64,000 nt of DNA from Chlorobiota bacterium (GTDB lineage Bacteria; Bacteroidota; Bacteroidia; Bacteroidales; VadinHA17), in NCBI GenBank assembly GCA_013152085.1, contig JAADHC010000006.1, forward strand, positions 2,372 through 66,371. The letters run 5' to 3'. This document shows positions 27,377-37,728 of this stretch, piece after piece. Position numbers and translations under genes: made by a program. Each line of letters opens with the position of its first letter. Position 1 is the first letter of the stretch. A model generated the notes under the pieces. It worked only from the letters and a program-made list of their open reading frames with translations. It had not been told where the DNA came from and searched no databases.

Positions 27377-28003
27377 TTAAAACCGGCTTTCGGAAAAAGG
27401 CAAGGGTAGCTGTTCATCAAGTAGTTTGAAAGATTTCCGGTGATAAGGAGAGACGCCGTATTTCCGGATTCCTTCACGATGCTGTCGTGTAGGATATCCT
27501 TTGTTTTTGTTCCATGCATACAATGGGAATTCGTAATGAATCTCTTCCATCAGATGGTCACGATGTGTCTTGGCCAGTACCGATGCGGCGGCAATGGCAG
27601 CATATTTACCATCCCCACCCACGATACAGGTGTGCGGGATGTTCCGGTATGCGTTAAAAAACTTACCGTCAACGAGCAGGCTGGCGGGAAGTATACTCAG
27701 ATTTTCTACAGCCCTGTGCATAGCCAGGTAAGTAGCTCCGGCAATATTGTACAGATCGATTTCCGCAGGTGTTGCAGTGCCGATCCCCCAGGCCAGGGCG
27801 GTTTTGATGATTTCGTTACGTGCCGTTTCCCGGTGCTTGGGCGACATCTTTTTTGAGTCGTCGAGAAAGGGGATGTTTACCGTGTCAGGAAGGATTACGG
27901 CTGCTGCAACGACCGGTCCGGCAAGGCATCCCCGGCCGGCTTCATCTATTCCTGCTTCGGGCCGGTTCCCGGAATATTTGATTTTAAGCGGAGTCATCAT
28001 CAA
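27377..28003 (-). CDS. rnhB: Ribonuclease HII
   Basis: 208 aa. GIDEAGRGCLAGPVV and DDSK motifs. Confidence 0.92.
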   Translation of the reverse strand: MMMTPLKIKYSGNRPEAGIDEAGRGCLAGPVVAAAVILPDTVNIPFLDDSKKMSPKHRETARNEIIKTALAWGIGTATPAEIDLYNIAGATYLAMHRAVENLSILPASLLVDGKFFNAYRNIPHTCIVGGDGKYAAIAAASVLAKTHRDHLMEEIHYEFPLYAWNKNKGYPTRQHREGIRKYGVSPYHRKSFKLLDEQLPLPFSESRF

Positions 28004-29127
28004 TGGCCGGATAATTGTTTTGTAAGTACATTCCAGACAGATTCAGCAGTACTGTCCCAGTTGAATTGTGCAACACGTTCCTGCCCGCGTGAAATGAGGT
28101 TCCTGCGGAGTGAGGCATTATCTATAATCTTTGTGAGGTTTTTTGCTATGCCGGAAACTGAAAACGGATCGGTGAGAAGGACTGCTTCACCTGCAATTTC
28201 GGGAAGTGCGGTAACGTTTCCGCAAACTACCGGCACATGACATGCCATGGCTTCGAGTAAAGGAAGGCCGAATCCTTCGAAATAAGAAACCAGTACAAGT
28301 GTTTCCGCCGCTGCAGTGATCCTTCTCAGATGTTCCGCTTCTATATAACCTGTAAAGATTACCTCGTGCCTGAATTTCATCCTGTGCCATTGATGGTAAA
28401 TATCACGGATCCCGGAGATTTTTCCACCGGCCAGGATCAGTTTAAAATCGGGGTGATCTTTCCTGAAAAGGTCAAAAGCCTGCAACAGGCGGGAGATATT
28501 TTTACGGGGCAGCAAGGACCCGGTATGGAGAATATAGGGAGACCCTCCGGTATTTTCCGAACGGATACGTTTCTTATCTTCTTCGGAAAGAGGTTGAAAC
28601 TTCTCATTTACTCCGTTGTAGACTACGTGGATCTTTTCGGGATCAACCTGATATTGTTTAACGATGTCGTCTTTGGAGAAACGGCTTACGGTAATGATTT
28701 CTTTTGCTTCTGTTGCAAACGTTTTAAAATAGTGCCTGTAATAATACCGGACGGCAGGAGGAAGGTCTTTGGGGTAATGCTCGAAATTCAGATCGTGAAT
28801 AACGGAGACAACGGGTATGGAATGCTTCAGCGGGATAAAACCGTCGGGTGAAAAGAAAACATCGGGTTTTATTTTATTTAAAACCCGTGGTATGGAATGC
28901 TGAAACCAGACATACCACAGGAACGGATGACGTGCAGGCGGATAAACAACACAAGGGTGGATATTATCCGAGAAGATAAAACGGCGGTTAAAAGGACGGT
29001 CGAAAAGAAAGTAAAAGGTATGTTCAGGATGTGCCGTAGTGATCCGTTTTAATGTTTCATAGGTAAACCATCCTATCCCATCCAGCCGGCCGGGAAGCAG
29101 AAAACGGGTATTTACAGCAATTCTCAC
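28000..29127 (-). CDS. Glycosyltransferase, GT4/GT1 (GT-B fold) family
   Basis: 375 aa. C-terminal EGFGLPLLEAMACHVPVV (E-X7-E region). 4-nt overlap with rnhB. Confidence 0.85.
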   Translation of the reverse strand: MRIAVNTRFLLPGRLDGIGWFTYETLKRITTAHPEHTFYFLFDRPFNRRFIFSDNIHPCVVYPPARHPFLWYVWFQHSIPRVLNKIKPDVFFSPDGFIPLKHSIPVVSVIHDLNFEHYPKDLPPAVRYYYRHYFKTFATEAKEIITVSRFSKDDIVKQYQVDPEKIHVVYNGVNEKFQPLSEEDKKRIRSENTGGSPYILHTGSLLPRKNISRLLQAFDLFRKDHPDFKLILAGGKISGIRDIYHQWHRMKFRHEVIFTGYIEAEHLRRITAAAETLVLVSYFEGFGLPLLEAMACHVPVVCGNVTALPEIAGEAVLLTDPFSVSGIAKNLTKIIDNASLRRNLISRGQERVAQFNWDSTAESVWNVLTKQLSGH

Positions 29128-29190
29128 GGGATTTATGATGGTGTTTGGCTGGCTTTATTACATTTGTAAATGTAAACCAAATTCTGAAGA

Positions 29191-30636
29191 TTGAAAAGGA
29201 AGTTTTTTTCGAATCTCCTCTTGCTGCTGTTTCTCAATGCACTGGTAAAACCCTTCTGGATTTTCGGCATTGACCGGACGGTACAAAATACTGTTGGTGC
29301 TGACGCATACGGATTTTACTTTTCCCTGTTCAGTTTTTCAATGCTTTTGAATATCCTGCTGGATGCCGGTATCACCAATTACAATAATCGTACGATTTCC
29401 AGACATCCGGGCAGGATCTCAGAATATTTCTCCCTGCTTCTACCGATAAAGGTTTTGCTGGCAATGGTTTATACGGTCGTCTCATTATCGGTTGCCCTGG
29501 TCATCGGGTATTCGCATGAGCAGCTTCATTTATTATGGTTTCTGATCCTGAACCAGTTTCTGGCTTCCCTGATCCTCTACTTCAGGTCGAACATTACCGG
29601 GATTCACATGTTTAAAACCGATAGTGTTCTGTCTGTTCTTGACCGGTTTATCATGATCATCCTGATCGGGTTGGCTTTATGGAGCAATGTTTTTCATCTT
29701 GAATTCAACATCTCCTGGTATGTCTATTTGCAAAGCATTGCTTATGGATTGACAGCCATTACCGGCTATTTCCTTGTTCGCATAAATACGGTTTTTTTCC
29801 GGCCGCGGTTTGATCCGCTAAAAACCCTGAGAATCTTAAAAGACACACTGCCATTTGCCTTGCTGACATTACTTTCCGCATTATACTACCGGGTTGATTC
29901 GGTTATGATCGAGCGGATGCTACCCGACGGGAAAGAACAGGCCGGGATTTATGCCCAGGCTTTTCGAATCCTGGATGCCTTTACCATGTACGGATACCTT
30001 TTCGGAGTTATCCTGCTTCCGTTGTTTTCAAGAATGATCAAGGAAAAGAAGCCTATAACGGAGCTTGTCCGTTTTGCTTTTCTTCTGCTGATGGTTCCGG
30101 TCATCAGCCTGAGTATTGTTTCGATCATTTACCGTCAGCCGCTTATGGAACTGTTATATCACAGTCATACGGATATTTCGTCCGTCATCTTTGCCATCCT
30201 GATGGGTGCCTTTATTTTTGTTTCGGGGATCTATCTTTTTGGTGTATTGCTAACAGCTTACGGGGATTTACGAACACTGAACATCCTGGCAGCAACGGGG
30301 TTTGTTATCAATATCGGGTTGAATGGCTTATTGATACCGCATTTCGGGGCTATCGGCTCGGCTTGGGCCAGCCTGGTAACCACCGCCGGTGTTACGATCG
30401 GGCAGATCATTTTTGTCAGCAGGCGGCTTGAGATTCCGGTATTGCAAATGATCCCTCCGAAAATATTTCTGTTTACGGCACTGATTATTCCTGCAGGACT
30501 GGTGTGTATCAGAATCCCGATAAGTTTTTATGCTTCTTTCGGGGTTGTGATGGGTATTGCGGTGGTTCTGGCTTTCCTGTTACGACTCTTCCCGCTTAAA
30601 CAAATGATAAGCATTATGGGAAGTTCGGAGGAGTAG
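29191..30636 (+). CDS. Wzx-like oligosaccharide flippase / polysaccharide biosynthesis protein
   Basis: 481 aa with a TTG start. About 12-14 TM segments and MOP-superfamily-like topology. Divergent from the GT gene. Confidence 0.75.
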   Translation: MKRKFFSNLLLLLFLNALVKPFWIFGIDRTVQNTVGADAYGFYFSLFSFSMLLNILLDAGITNYNNRTISRHPGRISEYFSLLLPIKVLLAMVYTVVSLSVALVIGYSHEQLHLLWFLILNQFLASLILYFRSNITGIHMFKTDSVLSVLDRFIMIILIGLALWSNVFHLEFNISWYVYLQSIAYGLTAITGYFLVRINTVFFRPRFDPLKTLRILKDTLPFALLTLLSALYYRVDSVMIERMLPDGKEQAGIYAQAFRILDAFTMYGYLFGVILLPLFSRMIKEKKPITELVRFAFLLLMVPVISLSIVSIIYRQPLMELLYHSHTDISSVIFAILMGAFIFVSGIYLFGVLLTAYGDLRTLNILAATGFVINIGLNGLLIPHFGAIGSAWASLVTTAGVTIGQIIFVSRRLEIPVLQMIPPKIFLFTALIIPAGLVCIRIPISFYASFGVVMGIAVVLAFLLRLFPLKQMISIMGSSEE

Positions 30637-30644
30637 GATATATT

Positions 30645-31130
30645 CTATAAAAGACAAACCTTTAACCAGTGATAAACAGCTGTATATATTCCCGGGCCAA
30701 AACTTTCGCGCGGACCGGCAATATTAAGGATACGGATGTTGTTTTCATTCAGCCATCGGGTGAATAAAGCTTTACTGACTTTTGACGGTTCCGGTAAATT
30801 AATTCCAAGCAATGGTTTGCCATATCTGAGGGTTTCTCTGCGGGTCAGGGTTGTCCCTTTGTCTTCAGCGCCGTTGAAAGTAAAAAGTAAAGTTCCGTCT
30901 GAAAAGGTTATGTTTTTTCTTGTACGGACGGCATAATCCCGGGATGAAGTTTCCTGCAACGGATACCTGTCCGGGATGTGGCCATCCTCGGCACATCTGC
31001 CGGCAGGGCACCATCCGCCGCAAGGGAAATGAAAATCAAGGGCAAAGTCGAGGGCTGCACGATCGGCACCGGTTTGCCCGCCTGAGATGATGGTAATTTG
31101 TATTACGTCAGGACTCATCTTTCGAATCAA
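30645..31130 (-). CDS. YpsA/'putative molybdenum carrier' SLOG-superfamily protein
   Basis: 161 aa. The ISGGQTGADRAALDFAL Rossmann-like glycine-rich loop is typical of the MoCo_carrier/YpsA clade. Confidence 0.7.
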   Translation of the reverse strand: MIRKMSPDVIQITIISGGQTGADRAALDFALDFHFPCGGWCPAGRCAEDGHIPDRYPLQETSSRDYAVRTRKNITFSDGTLLFTFNGAEDKGTTLTRRETLRYGKPLLGINLPEPSKVSKALFTRWLNENNIRILNIAGPRESFGPGIYTAVYHWLKVCLL

Positions 31131-31557
31131 TATCCTGTTTTGATGAATGGATTAAGGCGGATCGCCAGAAAAAATATCCGGCAATACTTCCCAGGAGTGA
31201 GCCTGAGATATTTGAAACCGCATCGAACGGGTTAAAGGTCCGTCCGGGGATCAGTTTTTGATGAAATTCATCTCCGGTCCCGATGATTATTCCGATGGCC
31301 ATCATCATAATAACAATGTAAATTAAAGAGAAAGTTTCCTTCTTATGCCACCAGCTAATACCCAGAAAAACCAGAATGAAATATTCCCCGAGATGAAAAA
31401 AGTAGTCTGTTCTGATCTTAAAATAGGGAGTGGTAATATCCGGATCGGGCAAGGAGGGAATGGAGGATACCGACAGGATAAGCAACAGGAAAATGATAAA
31501 AAGGTTTCTGTAATATCCTGTACTACGGGTGACAAAATATGTTTTGACGGCTGACAT
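31108..31557 (-). CDS. VanZ family membrane protein
   Basis: 149 aa, 4 TM segments. GDEFHQKLIPGR...D...N..G motif. Confidence 0.75.
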   Translation of the reverse strand: MSAVKTYFVTRSTGYYRNLFIIFLLLILSVSSIPSLPDPDITTPYFKIRTDYFFHLGEYFILVFLGISWWHKKETFSLIYIVIMMMAIGIIIGTGDEFHQKLIPGRTFNPFDAVSNISGSLLGSIAGYFFWRSALIHSSKQDIDSKDES

Positions 31558-31589
31558 TTCCGGTGAAAAAAAGAAGTGTCAATATTAAA

Positions 31590-31618
31590 GAAAAAAACGG
31601 AAAGATATTCCCGGTTTC
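31590..31618 (-). terminator. Weak candidate terminator after lipoprotein gene 31658..32734
   Basis: The minus strand has an AAAC(C)GG...CCGTTT stem with one bulge, followed by a T-run. Confidence 0.35.
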
Positions 31619-31657
31619 TTCTTTTTTTCAATCAAGATTGTTTTGATGTTATTTATT

Positions 31658-32734
31658 TTAGTTGTATAAGATATTCGTCCAGTGCATATAATCGCCCGCA
31701 CTGTCATTCCAGATTCCGCCCCAGTCACCATTTGATGGTGTTGTCATGGTCCCGTCACCATTGGTATCTCCACCATGGTTATCATCTTTATACGAGGTAA
31801 AAAAGACACCGGCGGCATTATAATTCAGTAGATTGCCGGGACCATTCGAAAGAATAAGATAACTTCCCGTTTTAAATTTGAGAATTACATTTTGTGCCAG
31901 CCGGAGGACAGCTCCGGACTCAATATACCAGTCATTATCATCAATAATAAAAGGCACCTCGGTTTCAAGCCAGCTGAGAGCTGTAGTAACTTCATTTCCG
32001 GTATAAGCAAAGATACCGTTATAGGTATTGGTTTCGCTCTGGTTATCCGGGTTGTGAAAAATGTTTGAATCGTCGATATTAAATGCGGTATTGATAGAAA
32101 GGGGTCGTACATTATCATAAAAAACATTATTCTGTACAATACTTCCGGCTAAGGCATCACTCATATCCAGGGCTCCGTACCAACCGGTAGCATCATCCCC
32201 GTTGTTATGGGCGAAAACGCAGTTCTTCACGGTTACGGTCCCGTCATAAACCGTTAGTGTCGCAGAGTAGGTACTATTACCACCATAATAAAAATGACAA
32301 TATTCAAATTTCGAACCATTCAGTCCGTTTGTATTGATCTCACCCCAGTCTTTCCGGGCAGGTGTTGTAGCTGTTCCGTCTCCGTTTGTATCACCGCCAT
32401 GGTCATCATCTTTATAAGAAGTGAAAATAATCGGTGCGGCGGATGTTCCGACCGCTACGATGGTCCCGGATCCACCAAGTGTCAGGTCCGGGCCGTCGCC
32501 GGGGTGAAACTTTATGACCGTACCCGGTTGAATGGAGAGCGTGTTATTCACATAAAAATCATAAGTCTTGATCACATAAACGGAATCTTTATCCCACTGT
32601 GTTACGGCATTGATATCGTGTGTTACAAAAACAATGTTTGATTTGTTTTGCGGAGGTGTCTCTTCGTCCTTTTTGCAAGAGAAGAAACTGACTATAAGGA
32701 GTGCCAGTAAAGTAATTCTAATTGTGGTTTTCAT
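31658..32734 (-). CDS. Lipoprotein with internally duplicated beta-helix-like domain and DTNGDG motifs
   Basis: 358 aa with lipobox FFSCKKD. The segment FTSYKDD(D/N)HGGDTNGDGT(A/M)TTP...DWG occurs twice, at aa ~103-132 and ~311-341. Confidence 0.65.
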   Translation of the reverse strand: MKTTIRITLLALLIVSFFSCKKDEETPPQNKSNIVFVTHDINAVTQWDKDSVYVIKTYDFYVNNTLSIQPGTVIKFHPGDGPDLTLGGSGTIVAVGTSAAPIIFTSYKDDDHGGDTNGDGTATTPARKDWGEINTNGLNGSKFEYCHFYYGGNSTYSATLTVYDGTVTVKNCVFAHNNGDDATGWYGALDMSDALAGSIVQNNVFYDNVRPLSINTAFNIDDSNIFHNPDNQSETNTYNGIFAYTGNEVTTALSWLETEVPFIIDDNDWYIESGAVLRLAQNVILKFKTGSYLILSNGPGNLLNYNAAGVFFTSYKDDNHGGDTNGDGTMTTPSNGDWGGIWNDSAGDYMHWTNILYN

Positions 32735-32916
32735 TGTATATCGGGTTTAGGATAAAACGTTTAATGAACAATTAATAATTTCATAACTATGAGTATTTTA
32801 ACGAAAATTAGAATTATTTGTTTCTTTGCACGCTATTTTTCCCGGGGGATGCAGAGTTTCGTTTTTTTTTATAATAAAAAGAGATCGGAATCGTTTTTAA
32901 AGCGCATTTTTTTGAT

Positions 32917-32924
32917 TAATTTGG
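32917..32924 (+). promoter_or_regulatory. Candidate -7 box (TAATTTGG) upstream of the glycogen gene run
   Basis: Matches TAnnTTTG and lies 22 nt before the ATG at 32946. No well-spaced -33 TTTG. Confidence 0.3.
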
Positions 32925-32945
32925 AACAATGCAAAATATGGGGAT

Positions 32946-34919
32946 ATGTACTATCTGAAATTTGATAAGAACCAGTTAATAAACCTTCAGTATTCACTGG
33001 ATAAAGAGATTCTGCGTTCGAACAGGGCAGGGTCCTATGCTTCGTTTACAATAGTCGGATGTAATACCCGGAAATATCACGGTTTGCTGGTCATTCCGGT
33101 GAAATCATTTGGTGGGGCGCTTCATGTATTGTTATCCTCTCTGGATAAAGCGGTCATACAACACGACAAGGAATTCAGATTCGGTATCCATAAATATACC
33201 GGGGACCTTTACGAGCCGGGGGGTCACAAGTATATCCGTGATTTTCATGCAGACATTATCCCCGTTACCATTTACAGGGTGGGTGGCGCTATCCTTCAGG
33301 AAGAAACACTGCTGGTAGAGCGGCGTGAGCAAATCCTTGTAAAATATACGTTGCTGGATGCCCATTCGGAAACTTTCTTAAGGTTTAAACCATTTCTGGC
33401 TTTCCGGAATATTCACGGACTTACCAAAGCGAACATGGATGCAGAAACCCGTGTGCAACATATTGAAAACGGGGTTAAGATACGAATGTATCCGGGTTTC
33501 CCGTATTTGAATATGCAGTTTAACAAACCGGCAGATTTTGTTCCCGTACCTCATTGGTATTATAACATTGAATACCTGCGGGAACAGGAGCGCGGTTACG
33601 ATTATCAGGAAGACCTGTTTGTTCCGGGATACTTTGAAATCCCGATAAAGAAAGGGGAAAGCATCATCTTTTCCGGTTCTGCCGAAGAGGTTAATTCCTC
33701 ATCCTTTAAAAGAATATTTCATTATGAGTTGTCAAAACGGACACCTCGGAACACTTTCCGGAACTGTCTTATCAATTCGGCACAGCAGTTTATTAAACAT
33801 CATAATGGCAAGACTGAAATTATTGCCGGATTTCCTTGGTTTGGCACCTGGGGAAGGGATACTTTTATTTCTCTACCCGGCCTTACACTGGCATTGGGAG
33901 ATGTAAAAACATTTAAATCCGTCATGCGTACGGAGATGTTCAAAATGAAAAACGGGCTTTTCCCAAATATCGGCTCGGAAGCTGATTATGTCTATAACTC
34001 GGTGGATGCGCCGTTGTGGTTTGTCTGGGATGTTCAACAGTATATTTCTTATACAGGAGATGAATTTGGGGCGTGGAAGATGTATGGAAAAGCATTAAAA
34101 CAAATCCTCCGGGCATTCCGGCAGGGAACGGCTTATAATATCCGGGTGGATGATAAAGGCCTGGTTTATGCAGGGGATAGAGAACATGCCCTTACATGGA
34201 TGGATGCCATTACCGCAGAGGGCCCTGTGACGCCGAGGAACGGTTATGCAGTGGAAATTAATGCATTATGGTACAATGCCGTTAAATTCATCCTGGAACT
34301 GGCCGAAAAAAATAGTGATAAGAAGTTTTTGCAGTCATGGTCGATTGACCCTGAACTTATCCGGTCACGGTTTGAAGAGATGTTCTGGAGTGATGAAAAG
34401 GAATATCTGGCTGATTACCATGACGGTGATCAGGCGGACTGGAGCATGCGGCCGAACCAGGCTATTGCTGTTTCCGTTCCGTTTTCTCCCCTGACGGATG
34501 ATATGCAAAAATCGGTTCTGCAAAAAGTGGAAAAGGAGTTGCTCACCCGGCGGGGATTGCGTACGCTTTCACCTAAGAATCCGGACTATAAAGGGGTCTA
34601 TTTTGGCAATCAGGAAACACGTGACAAAGCATATCATCAGGGAACCGTCTGGCCCTGGCTTCTGGGGCCCTATTGCGAAGGGATGTTAAAAATCTTTGGA
34701 ATTGCAGCTTTAGATGAAGTGAAAAAACTGGTGTGGGGATTTGAAGAGGTGATGAATCAGCACGGGGTGGGTTCTATATCTGAGATTTATGATGGCGATC
34801 CGCCGTATACGGCACGGGGTGCCATTTCACAGGCATGGAGTGTGGCTGAAATATTACGATTAATGGATTTAATCGAAAAAACAGAAAAGAAAAACAGTTT
34901 AGGGTATGCCACGAAGTAA
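32946..34919 (+). CDS. Glycogen debranching enzyme, amylo-alpha-1,6-glucosidase (GH133-like)
   Basis: 657 aa. GDE N-terminal domain plus an (alpha/alpha)6 C-domain (GFPWFGTWGRD, AYHQGTVWPWL, ISEIYDGD). Confidence 0.85.
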   Translation: MYYLKFDKNQLINLQYSLDKEILRSNRAGSYASFTIVGCNTRKYHGLLVIPVKSFGGALHVLLSSLDKAVIQHDKEFRFGIHKYTGDLYEPGGHKYIRDFHADIIPVTIYRVGGAILQEETLLVERREQILVKYTLLDAHSETFLRFKPFLAFRNIHGLTKANMDAETRVQHIENGVKIRMYPGFPYLNMQFNKPADFVPVPHWYYNIEYLREQERGYDYQEDLFVPGYFEIPIKKGESIIFSGSAEEVNSSSFKRIFHYELSKRTPRNTFRNCLINSAQQFIKHHNGKTEIIAGFPWFGTWGRDTFISLPGLTLALGDVKTFKSVMRTEMFKMKNGLFPNIGSEADYVYNSVDAPLWFVWDVQQYISYTGDEFGAWKMYGKALKQILRAFRQGTAYNIRVDDKGLVYAGDREHALTWMDAITAEGPVTPRNGYAVEINALWYNAVKFILELAEKNSDKKFLQSWSIDPELIRSRFEEMFWSDEKEYLADYHDGDQADWSMRPNQAIAVSVPFSPLTDDMQKSVLQKVEKELLTRRGLRTLSPKNPDYKGVYFGNQETRDKAYHQGTVWPWLLGPYCEGMLKIFGIAALDEVKKLVWGFEEVMNQHGVGSISEIYDGDPPYTARGAISQAWSVAEILRLMDLIEKTEKKNSLGYATK

Positions 34920-34931
34920 AAAATATCCGGC

Positions 34932-36221
34932 ATGAAGGTTTTAATGTTTGGTTGGGAATTTCCTCCTCACATATCCGGGGGATTAGGGACTGCCAGTTAT
35001 GGCCTTACCCGGGGTATGTACACGATAGGGGGGATTGATATTCTGTTTGTGGTACCTAAAGCTTATGGTGATGAAGACCAAAATATTGCCCGTGTGATCG
35101 GGGCTGGGGATGTTATTGTCAAACAGCATCTTTATACTTTCTCCAAGCTTAATAAACAAATGAATTATTTCCAGGTAGAGAGTAAGGTGGTGCCATATGT
35201 TGATCCCGAAGATTTCTGGAAGCTGAAAAAGAAAGAAGTGAGTGCAGACCGGTGGTATGTCCAGACCGATGAACAAGGGAAAATAAAATTCAGCGGGAAA
35301 TACGGGGCTGACCTCCTGGAGGAAATCCGTAAGTATGCCCTGGTGGCTTCAGTGATCGCCCGGGAGAATGAATTTGATGTCATCCATGCTCATGACTGGC
35401 TGGCTTACCCGGCAGGTATTGCAGCCAAAGCCGTTTCGGGGAAACCGCTGGTAATTCATGTTCATGCTACGGATTTTGACCGCAGCCGGGGAAATGTTAA
35501 CCCGGAAGTTTATGCTATTGAAAAGCAGGGGATGGATGTGGCGGATAAGATTATTGCCGTCAGCAATCTTACCAGGAATATTATTATTGAGAAGTACCGG
35601 ATACCTCAGGAAAAAGTCATTACCGTACACAATGCTGTAGATCCTGTTACCACAGATCAACGGAACTTTGAAAAGGGGCAGCTTGGTGATAAGATTGTTA
35701 CATTTTTAGGCAGAATTACGATGCAGAAAGGTCCCGAATATTTTGTTGAAGCTGCCTCGCGGGTTTTGCAGCGTATGGACCAGGTGCGGTTTGTCATGGC
35801 AGGTAGCGGGGATATGATGCAGAAAATGATTGCACTGGCGGCTGCCAAAGGTATTATGAACCGGTTCCATTTTACCGGATTTCTGAAAGGTGATGAAGTT
35901 TACCGGATGCTGCATCTTAGTGATGTTTATGTCATGCCTTCTGTTTCGGAACCTTTTGGGATTTCCCCTCTTGAAGCATTGCAGTCAAGTGTGCCGGTCA
36001 TCATTTCTCACCAGTCAGGAGTTGCGGAAATCCTTACACATGCCCTGAAAATAAACTTCTGGGATATTGATGCCATGTCTGATTCAATTTATGCGCTGCT
36101 GAATTACCCGGCACTGACAAAAATGTTTACCAAATATGGCAAGGAAGAAGTAAACCGTTTGAAATGGGAAAATGCAGCGCAAAAAGTCAGGGAAATATAC
36201 CTGTCCCTTGTGTCAAACTAA
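34932..36221 (+). CDS. GT4-type glycosyltransferase (putative alpha-glucan synthase)
   Basis: 429 aa. N-terminal FPPHISGGLGTA and C-terminal SEPFGISPLEALQSSVPVI. Confidence 0.8.
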   Translation: MKVLMFGWEFPPHISGGLGTASYGLTRGMYTIGGIDILFVVPKAYGDEDQNIARVIGAGDVIVKQHLYTFSKLNKQMNYFQVESKVVPYVDPEDFWKLKKKEVSADRWYVQTDEQGKIKFSGKYGADLLEEIRKYALVASVIARENEFDVIHAHDWLAYPAGIAAKAVSGKPLVIHVHATDFDRSRGNVNPEVYAIEKQGMDVADKIIAVSNLTRNIIIEKYRIPQEKVITVHNAVDPVTTDQRNFEKGQLGDKIVTFLGRITMQKGPEYFVEAASRVLQRMDQVRFVMAGSGDMMQKMIALAAAKGIMNRFHFTGFLKGDEVYRMLHLSDVYVMPSVSEPFGISPLEALQSSVPVIISHQSGVAEILTHALKINFWDIDAMSDSIYALLNYPALTKMFTKYGKEEVNRLKWENAAQKVREIYLSLVSN

Positions 36222-36231
36222 ATGTTAAGCC

Positions 36232-37638
36232 ATGAGAAATCTTTGTCTCTATTTTCAGATTCATCAACCTTTTCGCCTGAGGAGGTACCGTTTTTTTGAT
36301 ATTTGGAATAATCATTATTATTACGATGATTATTTAAATGAAAGTATTATGCAACGGGTATCGGCACGTTCATATCTTCCCACAAACCGGATACTCCATG
36401 AATTACTCAAGGAATCCGGAAATGGATTTAAATTAACCATTTCGATTTCGGGGTTGGCTATTGATCAGTTCAGGCGCTATGCTCCTGAAGTCCTTGAATC
36501 TTTTCAGGAACTTGCCGCACTGCCGGGTGTTGAGTTTTTATCAGAAACTTATGCCCATTCTCTGGCCTCGCTGGGGCATACCGACGAATTCATCCGCCAG
36601 GTAAAAGCACACGAACAGGTTATGGACGAAGTTTTTAACGTAAAACCGCAGGTTTTCAGAAATACGGAGCTGATTTACTCAGATGAAATCGGTGCGGTTA
36701 TTTCAGGAATGGGATACAAAGGGATGATCACTGAAGGAGCCAAACATATCCTGGGATGGAAAAGCCCTGATTTTCTTTATTGTAACAGCATAAACCCGCG
36801 ACTGAAAGTGTTGCTGAAAAATTTTAAGCTTTCGGATGATATTGCTTTCCGTTTTTCAAACAAAGGGTGGGTAGAATGGCCGCTTACTGCCGAAAAATAT
36901 GCCGGCTGGTTACAGAACCTGCCGGAAAAGGAAGAGGTTGTAGGGATTTTTATGGATTATGAGACCTTTGGGGAACACCAGTGGGAAGAAACCGGTATTT
37001 TTGATTTTCTGAAAGCTTTTCCGGGAGCGGTTCGCCAGGAAACCGATTTCCAGTTCTCGACCCCTTCGGAGATTATGCAAAAGTTGCAGCCGGTATCGGA
37101 AATCTCAGTACCGTGGCCTATTTCATGGGCAGATAAAGAGAAGGACCTTTCAGCCTGGCTGGGAAATGAACTTCAGGACGAAGCCTTTAAGAAGCTATAT
37201 GGACTGGAGGAAAAAGTAACCGGAATAGATGATCCTGATATTCAACGTGACTGGAATTATCTGCAGGCCAGTGATCATTTTTATTACATGTGTACCAAGT
37301 TTTTTTCCGACGGAGAAGTACATTCTTATTTTAATCCTTATGATTCTCCTTATGATGCATTCATCAATTATATGAATGTGTTAAGTGATTTTGAACTCAG
37401 GGTAAAAAGTCTCGTTACAGAACCTGCTCCGGATAGCGAAACTGTAAAGCTTACCAAAGTGTTAAAGGAAAAAGAGGAACTTATTGCGAAATATGAAAAA
37501 GAGCTGAAACGTACACGTATGGCCCTTGCCCGGACAAAAAAAAGAGGCACTGCAACCTCTTCACAAAGTATCACAAGAACAACGAAAAAAAATGTTTCCG
37601 GAAAATCCCCCGGAAAGAAAAAAACCTCATCGAAGTAA
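36232..37638 (+). CDS. GH57 family glycoside hydrolase (alpha-amylase/4-alpha-glucanotransferase-like) with coiled-coil and basic tail
   Basis: 468 aa. Starts ...YFQIHQPFRLRRY (GH57 region I) and has the DYETFGEH catalytic region. The C-terminal ~70 aa is Lys/Ser/Thr-rich. Confidence 0.85.
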   Translation: MRNLCLYFQIHQPFRLRRYRFFDIWNNHYYYDDYLNESIMQRVSARSYLPTNRILHELLKESGNGFKLTISISGLAIDQFRRYAPEVLESFQELAALPGVEFLSETYAHSLASLGHTDEFIRQVKAHEQVMDEVFNVKPQVFRNTELIYSDEIGAVISGMGYKGMITEGAKHILGWKSPDFLYCNSINPRLKVLLKNFKLSDDIAFRFSNKGWVEWPLTAEKYAGWLQNLPEKEEVVGIFMDYETFGEHQWEETGIFDFLKAFPGAVRQETDFQFSTPSEIMQKLQPVSEISVPWPISWADKEKDLSAWLGNELQDEAFKKLYGLEEKVTGIDDPDIQRDWNYLQASDHFYYMCTKFFSDGEVHSYFNPYDSPYDAFINYMNVLSDFELRVKSLVTEPAPDSETVKLTKVLKEKEELIAKYEKELKRTRMALARTKKRGTATSSQSITRTTKKNVSGKSPGKKKTSSK

Positions 37639-37728
37639 TTACCTTTGCCGTTTAATAATTTATTCATGTCTGATGGGAAAATACCGGAAATAAGATCCCA
37701 TTATCAATAAAAATATGAAAGGAAAAGA

